From: Mayamaea pseudoterrestris | Lineage: Eukaryota | Direction of reading: 5' to 3' | Assembly: GCA_027923505.1 (NCBI GenBank) | Contig: BROI01000002.1 | Coordinates: 1,860,001 to 1,924,000, forward strand | Length of the DNA: 64,000 bases | Part shown: positions 10,301-22,769 of the stretch, one piece after another | How the letters are laid out: each line of letters starts with the position of its first letter | How positions within the stretch are numbered: position 1 is the first letter of the stretch | Made by a program: the position numbers and the translations under genes | Notes under the pieces: model-generated | Databases searched by the model: none | What the model was told of the DNA's origin: nothing | What the model saw: only the letters and a program-made list of their open reading frames with translations

Positions 10301-13300
10301 GCAGTCCCCTGAGACACCAGCCAGGCATACCATCTTGTAGCGCAGCCTGAATAATGATGTTGGCACCATTCTGGTGTCATTTGGGTGTATACATGGCCTG
10401 CTGTAGGGGCATTTGAATGTCAAGGCATCTGCGGGCTGAGACTGGTGACAAGTTGTCACCAAATACATTGCCGTCCCCTGAGACACCAGCCAGGCATACC
10501 ATCTTGTAGCGCAGCCTGAATAATGATGTTGGCACCATTCTGGTGTCATTTGGGTGTATACATGGCCTGCTGTAGGGGCGTTTGAATGTCAAGGCATCTG
10601 CGGGCTGAGACTGGTGACAAGTTGTCACCAAATACATTGCCGTCCCCTGAGACACCAGCCAGGCATACCATCTTGTAGCGCAGCCTAAATAATGATGTTG
10701 GCACCATTCTGGTGTCATTTGGGTGTATACATGGCCTGCTGTAGGGGCATTTGAATGTCAAGGCATCTGCGGGCTGAGACTGGTGACAAGTTGTCACCAA
10801 ATACATTGCCAACCCCTGAGACACCAGCCAGGCATACCATCTTGTAGCGCAGCCTAAATAATGATGTTGGCGCCATTCTGGTGTCATTTGGGTGTATACA
10901 TGGCCTGCTGTAGGGGCATTTGAATGTCAAGGCATCTGCGGGCTGAGACTGGTGACAAGTTGTCACCAAATACATTGCCGTCCCCTGAGACACCAGCCAG
11001 GCATACCATCTTGTAGCGCAGCCTAAATAATGATGTTGGCGCCATTCTGGTGTCATTTGGGTGTATACATGGCCTGCTGTAGGGGCGTTTGAATGTCAAG
11101 GCATCTGCGGGATGAGACTGGTGACAAGTTGTCACCAAATACATTGCCGTCCCCTGAGACACCAGCCAGGCATACCATCTTGTAGCGCAGCCTAAATAAT
11201 GATGTTGGCACCATTCTGGTGTCATTTGGGTGTATACATGGCCTGCTGTAGGGGCGTTTGAATGTCAAGGCATCTGCGGGCTGAGACTGGTGACAAGTTG
11301 TCACCAAATACATTGCAGTCCCCTGAGACACAAGCCAGGCATACCATCTTGTAGCGCAGCCTAAATAATGATGTTGGCGCCATTCTGGTGTCATTTGGGT
11401 GTATACATGGCCTGCTGTAGGGGCATTTGAATGTCAAGGCATCTGCGGGCTGAGACTGGTGACAAGTTGTCACCAAATACATTGCCATCCCCTGAGACAC
11501 CAGCCAGGCATACCATCTTGTAGCGCAGCCTGAATAATGATGTTGGCGCCATTCTGGTGTCATTTGGGTGTATACATGGCCTGCTGTAGGGGCGTTTGAA
11601 TGTCAAGGCATCTGCGGGCTGAGACTGGTGACAAGTTGTCACTAAATACATTGCCATCCCCTGAGACACCAGCCAGGCATACCATCTTGTAGCGCAGCCT
11701 AAATAATGATGTTGGCACCATTCTGGTGTCATTTGGGTGTATACATGGCCTGCTGTATGCGTGTTTGAATGCCAAGGCATCTGCGGGCTGAGACTGGTGA
11801 CAAGTTGTCACCAAATACATTGCTGTCCCCTGAGACACCAGCCAGGCATACCATCTTGTAGCGCAGCCTAAATAATGATGTTGGCGCCATTCTGGTGTCA
11901 TTTGGGTGTATACATGGCCTGCTGTAGGGGCATTTGAATGTCAAGGCATCTGCGGGCTGAGACTGGTGACAAGTTGTCACCAAATACATTGCAGTCCCCT
12001 GAGACACCAGCCAGGCATACCATCTTGTAGCGCAGCCTAAATAATGATGTTGGCGCCATTCTGGTGTCATTTGGGTGTATACATGGCCTGCTGTAGGGGC
12101 ATTTGAATGTCAAGGCATCTGCGGGCTGAGACTGGTGACAAGTTGTCACCAAATACATTGCAGTCCCCTGAGACACCAGCCAGGCATACCATCTTGTAGC
12201 GCAGCCTAAATAATGATGTTGGCGCCATTCTGGTGTCATTTGGGTGTATACATGGCCTGCTGTAGGGGCATTTGAATGTCAAGGCATCTGCGGGCTGAGA
12301 TTGGTGACAAGTTGTCACCAAATACATTGCAGTCCCCTGAGACACCAGCCAGGCATACCATCTTGTAGCGCAGCCTAAATAATGATGTTGGCACCATTCT
12401 GGTGTCATTTGGGTGTATACATGGCCTGCTGTAGGGGCATTTGAATGTCAAGGCATCTGCGGGCTGAGACTGGTGACAAGTTGTCACCAAATACATTGCA
12501 GTCCCCTGAGACACAAGCCAGGCATACCATCTTGTAGCGCAGCCTGAATAATGATGTTGGCGCCATTCTGGTGTCATTTGGGTGTATACATGGCCTGCTG
12601 TAGGGGCATTTGAATGTCAAGGCATCTGCGGGCTGAGACTGGTGACAAGTTGTCACCAAATACATTGCCGTCCCCTGAGACACCAGCCAGGCATACCATC
12701 TTGTAGCGCAGCCTAAATAATGATGTTGGCGCCATTCTGGTGTCATTTGGGTGTATACATGGCCTGCTGTAGGGGTGTTTGAATGTCAAGGCATCTGCGG
12801 GCTGAGACTGGTGACAAGTTGTCACCAAATACATTGCAGTCCCCTGAGACACCAGCCAGGCATACCATCTTGTAGCGCAGCCTAAATAATGATGTTGGCG
12901 CCATTCTGGTGTCATTTGGGTGTATACATGGCCTGCTGTAGGGGCATTTGAATGTCAAGGCATCTGCGGGCTGAGACTGGTGACAAGTTGTCACCAAATA
13001 CATTGCCGTCCCCTGAGACACCAGCCAGGCATACCATCTTGTAGCGCAGCCTAAATAATGATGTTGGCGCCATTCTGGTGTCATTTGGGTGTATACATGG
13101 CCTGCTGTAGGGGCGTTTGAATGTCAAGGCATCTGCGGGCTGAGACTGGTGACAAGTTGTCACCAAATACATTGCAGTCCCCTGAGACACCAGCCAGGCA
13201 TACCATCTTGTAGCGCAGCCTAAATAATGATGTTGGCGCCATTCTGGTGTCATTTGGGTGTATACATGGCCTGCTGTAGGGGCATTTGAATGTCAAGGCA

Positions 13301-16300
13301 TCTGCGGGCTGAGACTGGTGACAAGTTGTCACCAAATACATTGCCATCCCCTGAGACACCAGCCAGGCATACCATCTTGTAGCGCAGCCTAAATAATGAT
13401 GTTGGCGCCATTCTGGTGTCATTTGGGTGTATACATGGCCTGCTGTAGGGGCATTTGAATGTCAAGGCATCTGCGGGCTGAGACTGGTGACAAGTTGTCA
13501 CCAAATACATTGCAGTCCCCTGAGACACCAGCCAGGCATACCATCTTGTAGCGCAGCCTAAATAATGATGTTGGCGCCATTCTGGTGTCATTTGGGTGTA
13601 TACATGGCCTGCTGCAGGGGCGTTTGAATGTCAAGGCATCTGCGGGCTGAGACTGGTGACAAGTTGTCACCAAATACATTGCCATCCCCTGAGACACCAG
13701 CCAGGCATACCATCTTGTAGCGCAGCCTAAATAATGATGTTGGCGCCATTCTGGTGTCATTTGGGTGTATACATGGCCTGCTGCAGGGGCGTTTGAATGT
13801 CAAGGCATCTGCGGACTGAGACTGGTGACAAGTTGTCACCAAATACATTGCCGTCCCCTGAGACACCAGCCAGGCATACCATCTTGTAGCGCAGCCTGAA
13901 TAATGATGTTGGCGCCATTCTGGTGTCATTTGGGTGTATACATGGCCTGCTGTAGGGGTGTTTGAATGTCAAGGCATCTGCGGGCTGAGACTGGTGACAA
14001 GTTGTCACCAAATACATTGCAGTCCCCTGAGACACCAGCCAGGCATACCATCTTGTAGCGCAGCCTAAATAATGATGTTGGCGCCATTCTGGTGTCATTT
14101 GGGTGTATACATGGCCTGCTGTAGGGGCATTTGAATGTCAAGGCATCTGCGGGCTGAGACTGGTGACAAGTTGTCACCAAATACATTGCCGTCCCCTGAG
14201 ACACCAGCCAGGCATACCATCTTGTAGCGCAGCCTAAATAATGATGTTGGCACCATTCTGGTGTCATTTGGGTGTATACATGGCCTGCTGTAGGGGCATT
14301 TGAATGTCAAGGCATCTGCGGGCTGAGACTGGTGACAAGTTGTCACCAAATACATTGCCGTCCCCTGAGACACCAGCCAGGCATACCATCTTGTAGCGCA
14401 GCCTAAATAATGATGTTGGCGCCATTCTGGTGTCATTTGGGTGTATACATGGCCTGCTGAAGGGGCGTTTGAATGTCAAGGCATCTGCGGGCTGAGACTG
14501 GTGACAAGTTGTCACCAAATACATTGCAGTCCCCTGAGACACCAGCCAGGCATACCATCTTGTAGCGCAGCCTAAATAATGATGTTGGCGCCATTCTGGT
14601 GTCATTTGGGTGTATACATGGCCTGCTGTAGGGGCATTTGAATGTCAAGGCATCTGCGGGCTGAGACTGGTGACAAGTTGTCACCAAATACATTGCCGTC
14701 CCCTGAGACACCAGCCAGGCATACCATCTTGTAGCGCAGCCTAAATAATGATGTTGGCGCCATTCTGGTGTCATTTGGGTGTATACATGGCCTGCTGTAG
14801 GGGCGTTTGAATGTCAAGGCATCTGCGGGCTGAGACTGGTGACAAGTTGTCACCAAATACATTGCCGTCCCCTGAGACACCAGCCAGGCATACCATCTTG
14901 TAGCGCAGCCTAAAAAATGATGTTGGCGCCATTCCGGTGTCATTTGGGTGCATACATGGCCTGCTGTAGGGGCATTTGAATGTCAAGGCATCTGCGGGCT
15001 GAGACTGGTGACAAGTTGTCACCAAATACATTGCAGTCCCCTGAGACACCAGCCAGGCATACCATCTTGTAGCACAGCCTATATAATGATGTTGGCACCA
15101 TTCTGGTGTCATTTGGGTGTATACATGGCCTGCTGTAGGGGCGTTTGAATGTCAAGGCATCTGCGGGCTGAGACTGGTGACAAGTTGTCACCAAATACAT
15201 TGCCATCCCCTGAGACACCAGCCAGGCATACCATCTTGTAGCGCAGCCTAAATAATGATGTTGGCGCCATTCTGGTGTCATTTGGGTGTATACATGGCCT
15301 GCTGTAGGGGCCTTTGAATGTCAAGGCATCTGCGGGATGAGACTGGTGACAAGTTGTCACCAAATACATTGCAGTCCCCTGAGACACCAGCCAGGCATAC
15401 CATCTTGTAGCGCAGCCTAAATAATGAGGTTGGCACCATTCTGGTGTCATATGGGTGTATACATGGCCTGCTGTAGGGGCGTTTGAATGTCAAGGCATCT
15501 GCGGGATGAGACTGGTGACAAGTTGTCAACAAATACATTGCAGTCCCCTGAGACACAAGCCAGGCATACCAACTTGTAGCGCAGCCTATATACTGATGTT
15601 GGCACCATTCTGGTGTCATTTGGGTGTATACATGGCCTGCTGTAGGGGCATTTGAATGTCATGGCATCTGCGGGATGAGACTGGTGACAAGTTGTCACCA
15701 AATACATTGCCGTCCCCTGAGACACCAGCCAGGCATACCATCTTGTAGCGCAGCCTAAATAATGATGTTGGCGCCATTCTGGTGTCATTTGGGTGTATAC
15801 ATGGCCTGCTGTAGGGGCGTTTGAATGTCAAGGCATCTGCGGGCTGAGACTGGTGACAAGTTGTCACCAAATACATTGCCGTCCCCTGAGACACCAGCCA
15901 GGCATACCATCTTGTAGCGCAGCCTAAATAATGATGTTGGCACCATTCTGGTGTCATTTGGGTGTATACATGGCCTGCTGTAGGGGCATTTGAATGTCAA
16001 GGCATCTGCGGGCTGAGACTGGTGACAAGTTGTCACCAAATACATTGCCATCCCCTGAGACACCAGCCAGGCATACCATCTTGTAGCGCAGCCTCAATAA
16101 TGATGTTGGCACCATTCTGGTGTCATTTGGGTGTATACATGGCCTGCTGTAGGGGCATTTGAATGTCAAGGCATCTGCGGGATGAGACTGGTGACAAGTT
16201 GTCACCAAATACATTGGGATGCCATGTCCCAATCTGAGACACCAGCCAGGCATACCATCTTGTAGCGCAGCCTAAATAATGATGTTGGCGCCATTCTGGT

Positions 16301-19300
16301 GTCATTTGGGTGTATACATGGCCTGCTGTAGGGGCATTTGAATGTCAAGGCATCTGCGGGATGAGACTGGTGACAAGTTGTCACCAAATACATTGCCATC
16401 CCCTGAGACACCAGCCAGGCATACCATCTTGTAGCGCAGCCTAAATAATGATGTTGGCGCCATTCTGGTGTCATTTGGGTGTATACATGGCCTGCTGCAG
16501 GGGCGTTTGAATGTCAAGGCATCTGCGGGATGAGACTGGTGACAAGTTGTCACCAAATACATTGCCGTCCCCTGAGACACCAGCCAGGCATACCATCTTG
16601 TAGCGCAGCCTAAAAAATGATGTTGGCGCCATTCTGGTGTCATTTGGGTGTATACATGGCCTGCTGTAGGGGCATTTGAATGTCAACGCATCGGCGGGGT
16701 GAGACTGGTGACAAGTTGTCACCAAATACATTGCAGTCCCCTGAGACACCAGCCAGGCATACCATCTTGTAGCGCAGCCTAAAAAATGAGGTTGGCACCA
16801 TTCTGGTGTCATATGGGTGTATACATGGCCTGCTGTAGGGGCATTTGAATGTCAAGGCATCCGCGGGCTGAGACTGGTGACAAGTTGTCACCAAAAACAT
16901 TGCCATCACCTGAGACACCAGCCAAGCCTACCATCTTGTAGCGCAGCCTGAATAATGGTGTTGGCACCATTCTGGTGTGATTTGGGTGTATACATGGCTT
17001 GCTGTAGGGGCGTTTGAATGTCACGGCATCTGCGGGCTGAGACTGGTGACAAGTTGTCACCAAATACATTGCCATCCCCTGAGACACCAGCCAAGCCTAC
17101 CATCTTGTAGCGCAGCCTAAAAAAAGATGTTGGCACCATTCTGGTGTAATTTGGGTGTACTACAGGGCCTGCTGGTAGGGGCGTTTGAATGTCACGGCAT
17201 CTGCGGGCTGAGACTGGTGACAAGTTGTCACCAAATACATTGCCACCCCTGAGACACCAGCCAGGCATACCATCTTGTAGCGCAGCCTGAATAATGATGT
17301 TGGCACCATTCTGGGCATTTGGGTGTACCTACATGGCATGCTGTAGGGGCATTTGAATGTCACGGCATCTGCAGGCTGAGACTGGTGACAAGTTGTCACC
17401 AAATACATTGCCAACCCCTGAGACACCAGCCAAGCCTACCATCTTGTAGCGCATCCTAATGAATGATGTTGGCACCATTCTGGTGTATTTTGGGTACCTA
17501 CAGGGCTTGCTGTAGGGGTGTTTGAATGTCACGGCATCTGCGGGCTGAGACTGGTGACAAGTTGTCACCAAATACATTGCCAACCCCTGAGACACCAGCC
17601 AAGCCTACCATGATGTAGCACAGCCTAAAATGATGTTGGCACCATTCTGGTGTATTTTGGGCACCTACAGGGCTTGCTGTAGGGGCGTTTGAATGTCACG
17701 GCATCCGCGGGCTGAGACTGGTGACAAGTTGTCACCAAATACATTGCCATTCCCTAAGACACCAACCAAGCCTACCCTCTTGTAGCGCAGCCTAAATAAT
17801 GATGTTGGCACCATTCTGGTGTCATTTGGGTGTATACATGGCCTGCTGTAGGGGCATTTGAATGTCAAGGCATCTGCGGGCTGAGACTGGTGACAAGTTG
17901 TACCATACTTGCGTGACACAGTTGTCAATGGCCACCTAATGTTTTGCTGATCATTGGCATGGGGCATTGTAGTGGTTGTCCATAATTTGGGGTGTTGGCC
18001 ACACCCATTTGATGTGTAGGCCTCCAGGCAGACCGTTTTCACCATGTCAGCCATCCGTGTCAATGGCACACCCTGGACATGTTTTGCGACTCATTCTGGT
18101 GTCATGTTGGGTGTTCATGGCCATGCTGTAGGGGCATTTCAATGTCAAGGCATCTGCATGGTGAGATTTGGTGACAGGTTGGCCACACCATTTGTAGACC
18201 AGTCCATGCTGTAGGCCTCCAGGCAGTCCGTTTTGCACCATGTCAGACCATCCTCATGTCAATGGCACACCCTGGACATGTTTGGCATGACTCATTGGTA
18301 CATTGCCATCCCCTGAGACACCAGCCAGGCATACCATCTTGTAGCGCAGCCTAAATAATGATGTTGGCGCCATTCTGGTGTCATTTGGGTGTATCCATGG
18401 CCTGCTGTAGGGGCATTTGAATGTCAAGGCATCTGCGGGATGAGACTGGTGACAAGTTGTCACCAAATACATTGCAGTCCCCTGAGACACCAGCCAGGCA
18501 TACCATCTTGTAGCGCAGCCTAAATAATGATGTTGGCGCCATTCTGGTGTCATTTGGGTGTATACATGGCCTGCTGCAGGGGCGTTTGAATGTCAAGGCA
18601 TCTGCGGGATGAGACTGGTGACAAGTTGTCACCAAATACATTGCAGTCCCCTGAGACACAAGCCAGGCATACCATCTTGTAGCGCGGCCTAAATAATGAT
18701 GTTGGCACCATTCTGGTGTCATTTGGGTGTATACATGGCCTGCTGTAGGGGCATTTGAATGTCATGGCATCTGCGGGCTGAGATTGGTGACAAGTTGTCA
18801 CCAAATACATTGCAGTCCCCTGAGACACCAGCCAGGCATATCATCTTGTAGTGCGGCCTAAATAATGATGTTGGCACCATTCTGGTGTCATTTGGGTGTA
18901 TACATGGCCTGCTGTAGGGGTGTTTGAATGTCAAGGCATCTGCGGGATGAGACTGGTGACAAGGTGTCACCAAATACATTGCAGTCCCCTGAGACACAAG
19001 CCAGGCATACCATCTTGTAGCGCGGCCTGAATAATGATGTTGGCACCATTCTGGTGTCATTTGGGTGTATACATGGCCTGCTGTAGGGGCATTTGAATGT
19101 CATGGCATCTGCGGGCTGAGATTGGTGACAAGTTGTCACCAAATACATTGCAGTCCCCTGAGACACCAGCCAGGCATACCATCTTGTAGCGCAGCCTGAA
19201 TAATGAGGTTGGCACCATTCTGGTGTCATTTGGGTGTATACATGGCCTGCTGTAGGGGCATTTGAATGTCAAGGAATCTGCGGGCGGAGACTGGTGACAA

Positions 19301-20322
19301 GTTGTCACCAAATACATTGCCATCCCCTGAGACACCAGCCAGGCATACCATCTTGTAGCGCAGCCGGAATAATGATGTTGGCACCGTTCTGGTGTCATTG
19401 GGGTGTATACATGGCCTGCTGTAGGTGTGTTTAAATGTCAAGGCATCTGCGGGCTGAGACTGGTGACAAGTTGTCACCAGATACATTGCAGTCCCCTGAG
19501 TCAAAAGACAGGCGTACCATCTTGTATCGCAGCCTGAAAAATGATGTTGGCGCCATTCTGGTGTTATTTGGGTGTATACATGGCCTGCTGTAGGGGTGTT
19601 TGAATGTCAAGGCATCTGCAAGCTGAGACTGGTGACAAGTTGTCACCAAATACAATGCCATCCCCTGAGACACCAGCCAGGCTTACCATCTTGTAGCGCA
19701 GCCTATATTATGATGTTGGCATCATTCTGGTGTAAATTGGGCACCTACAGGGCTTGCTGTAGGGGCGTTTGAATGTCATGGCATCTGCGGGCTGAGACTG
19801 GTGACAAGTTGTCACCAAATACATGGCCATCCCCTGAAACTCCTGTCAGGCTTACAACCTTGTAGCGCAGCCTGAATAATGATGTTGGCACCATTCTGGT
19901 GTAATTTGGGCACCTACAGACGTGCTGTAGGAACATTTGAATGTCATGGCATCTGCGGGCTGTGACTGGTGACAAGTTGTCACCAAATACACTGCCATCA
20001 CCTGAGACACCAGCCAGGCATACCATCTTGTAGCACAGCCTGAATAATGATGTTGGCACCAGGTGGGCACCTACAGGGCTTGCTGTAGGGGTGTATGAAT
20101 GTCATGGCATCTTCGGGCTGAGACTGGTGAGAACTTCTCACCAGTCACATTGCCATCCCCTGAGACACCAGCCAAGCCTACCATCTTGTAGCGCAGCCTG
20201 AATAATGATGTTGGCACCATTCTGGTGTAATTTGGGCACCTACAGGGCTTGCTATAGGGGCATGTGAATGTCATGGCACCTGCGGGCTGAGACTGGTGAG
20301 AAGTTCTCACCAGTCACATTGC
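7386..20322. repeat. 169-bp tandem satellite array, roughly 75 monomers
   Basis: The monomer ccattctggtgtcatttgggtgtatacatggcctgctgtagggg...gagactggtgacaagttgtcaccaaatacattgc...taatgatgttggc repeats directly. ORF-track starts recur every 169 nt (8859, 9028, 9197, ...). Confidence 0.98.
17901..18300. repeat. Unrelated short repeat interrupting the satellite
   Basis: The segment tgtaggcctccaggcag...tgtcaatggcacaccctggacatgttt occurs at about 18015 and 18210, with a partial third copy near 17920, interleaved with satellite fragments. Confidence 0.7.
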
Positions 20323-21520
20323 AGAGCCAACTACTTGTTGGATCTGCCAGTGGTGCACCTCAAGTGGCAAGTCAGACTTGCAAAATGGCCTACGGACCCC
20401 ATCATACAACAGACATGGACTTTAACATTAAATGGGACTCATCGACTTGTCAATTTGGATGTGGAACCCACCACCATTTGATGGGACTCTGCACATTCAA
20501 CAAATGGTTGAATGTGCCAGCATTGCACCCTTTTTGGTGGCAGGGATCATCACTATTGCTAAACTGAGCCCTATGATTGCTTTCAATTCATGCTTGTTCT
20601 CATAATGGGCCAATCTTTGGTCAGTAGCACCTCAGTTTCCACCACCATATGTGCCATGGTGAGACTCGGCAGATCCAACAACTTGTTTGATCTGCCAGTG
20701 GTGCACCTCAAGTGGCAAGTCAGACTTGCAAAATGGCCTACGGACCCCACCATACAACAGACATGGACTTTATCATTAAATGGGACTAATCGACTTGTCA
20801 ATTTGGGTGTGGAACCCACCACCATGTGATGGGACTCCGTGCATTGAATGTGCAAACATTGCACCCTTTTTGGTGGCAGTACTCATCACCATTGCTGGCT
20901 GAGCCCTCTGATTGCTTTCAATTCATGCTTGTTCTCATGATGGGCCCAACAGTGATCAGTAGCACCTCAGTATCCACCACTATATGTGCCATGTTGCGAC
21001 TCAGCAGAGCCAACAACTTGTTGGATCTGTCAGCGATGCACCTCAAGTGGCAAGTCAAACTTGCAAAATAGCCTACGGACCCCAACATACAACAGACATG
21101 GAATTAACATTAAATGGGACTCATCGACTTGTCAATTTGGATGTGGAACCCGCCACCATGTGATGGGACTCTGCACACTCAACAACTGGTTGAATGTGCC
21201 AGCATTGCACCCTTTTTGGTGGTAGGGATTATCACCATTGCTGGCTGGGAGCATCACCATTGCTGGTTGAGCCCTCTGATTGCTTTCAATTCATGCTTGT
21301 TCTCATGATGAGCCAACGTTGGTTAGTGGCACCTCAGTATCCACCACCATATGTGCCATGGTGAGACTCAGCAGATCCAACACCTTTTTGGACCTGCAAG
21401 TGGCACACCTCAAGTGGCAAGTCAGTCTTCCAAAATAGCCTATAGAAATCATAAAACAACAGACATGGAATTTAACATTGAATTTGACTCATAGACTTGT
21501 CACTCTGGGTGTGGAACCAT
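20323..21520. repeat. Second tandem repeat, ~335-365-bp unit, about 3.5 copies
   Basis: cacctcaagtggcaagtca recurs near 20357, 20704, 21039 and 21406. Each unit carries two palindromes. Confidence 0.92.
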
Positions 21521-21965
21521 CACTATGCCCTAAGACTAAGAATGCTAGCACCATCTTGGCTTGATTTGGGCATACACATGGCTACAGGTATGGGCATTTG
21601 AAAATCATGGCATCTGTGGGCTGAGACTGGTGACAAGTTGTCACCAATTGCATCGCAGTCTACCAAGGGTACCGCCAGGCAATGCATCATGTAGCGCACC
21701 TGAAATAAGGATGATGGCACCGTTCTGGCTTGATTTGAGCATACACATGGCTACAGGGATGGGCACTTGAAAATTATGGCATCTGTGGGCTGAGAAGGGG
21801 GACAAGTTGTCACCAATTGCATCGCAGTCTACCGAGGGTACCTCCAGGCAATGCATCATGTAGCGCACCTGAAATAAGGATGTTAGCACCGTTCTGGCTT
21901 GATTTGGGCATACTCGTGGCTACAGGTATGGGATTTGAAAATTATGGCATCTGCTAGCTGAACCT
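21521..21965. repeat. About 2.6 divergent monomers of the 169-bp satellite family
   Basis: gagactggtgacaagttgtcacc is retained. Diagnostic variants (gcacctgaaataaggatg, gggcatacacatggct, gaaaatcatgg) are shared with monomers at 7386-7790. Confidence 0.9.
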
Positions 21966-22163
21966 ACCTGTAGTTAGCGAGAAAGCGTCAAAAGTGTGTG
22001 ACGTACTTTTTTTCGCTCGGTCACACCTCCATGACGATTTCGCTTGGCGATCGCGGTCGATGAGGAAAAGGTAGTCAACAATGTTTGTAATCAATTGTGA
22101 TCCAGGCTTGAACAAGACCGTTCCAATATAATCTACAGTTCGAAACTCCGATCGAAACGCACC

Positions 22164-22769
22164 ATGCCGACATACCGACGCCTCGCATTGGCTGTCGTCG
22201 CATCCGTTCTACTGCCTTACACTTGTAGCTTTTCCGTTCAGAACTTGCATGTCCATCAACAGCAATCTAGCATGACCCGATCAGGCTTTTTTCAGACTGT
22301 TGTAACTGCAGCTGCCTTGACAATCACAGCAACTCCATTGGTCGCCAATGCCGATGTCACGGCCAAGCTGGCATCGTCGACTGCCTTGCGCAAAGTCAAG
22401 AGCTGCCAAAACAAGCTTGCAACGCTTGAAACTGCAATATCGGAGACAGATTACTTGGCCGTTCGACAGTCGCTTCGTGAAGCTCCATGCAGTGACTTGC
22501 GCAAAAGCATGACCACTTTGGTCAAGGGTGCCGAGGATGGATCCAACGCGCAAGAGATTTCCGCCAAATACAAGACTTTTATATCAAGTCTAGAAACACT
22601 CGACGCCAAGGCTGGTTTGGGGTTGCGAGGACAGTCAATATCAGTGGAGGAAATGACCAAATACTATCAAGCAGTGTTGATCAATCTGCGCGAGTTTTTG
22701 GAGGCCGCGCAAGCAGCAGCCGAGGTTCCACTGCAGTACAATGATGATATTGCTACCGGCAGTCAATAG
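22164..22769 (+). CDS. Plastid/thylakoid-lumen protein, PsbQ-like
   Basis: Signal peptide ending CS-F, a lumen-targeting-like segment (TRSGFF...VANA) and a small helical mature domain. Confidence 0.6.
   Translation: MPTYRRLALAVVASVLLPYTCSFSVQNLHVHQQQSSMTRSGFFQTVVTAAALTITATPLVANADVTAKLASSTALRKVKSCQNKLATLETAISETDYLAVRQSLREAPCSDLRKSMTTLVKGAEDGSNAQEISAKYKTFISSLETLDAKAGLGLRGQSISVEEMTKYYQAVLINLREFLEAAQAAAEVPLQYNDDIATGSQ

Noticed and set aside
7800..20310. Dozens of near-identical 113-aa ORFs (MTPEW...YTPK) as a tandem gene family
   Set aside because: They overlap each other and arise because a 169-bp unit (not a multiple of 3) has two stop-free minus-strand frames. There is no gene-like structure.
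7386..20322. CRISPR array with palindromic repeats
   Set aside because: The sequence between palindromes is itself repeated, so there are no unique spacers. No cas genes are present and the context is eukaryotic.
7386..20322. 5S rRNA, tRNA or snRNA tandem array
   Set aside because: No recognisable 5S, cloverleaf, box A/B or Sm-site sequence in the monomer.
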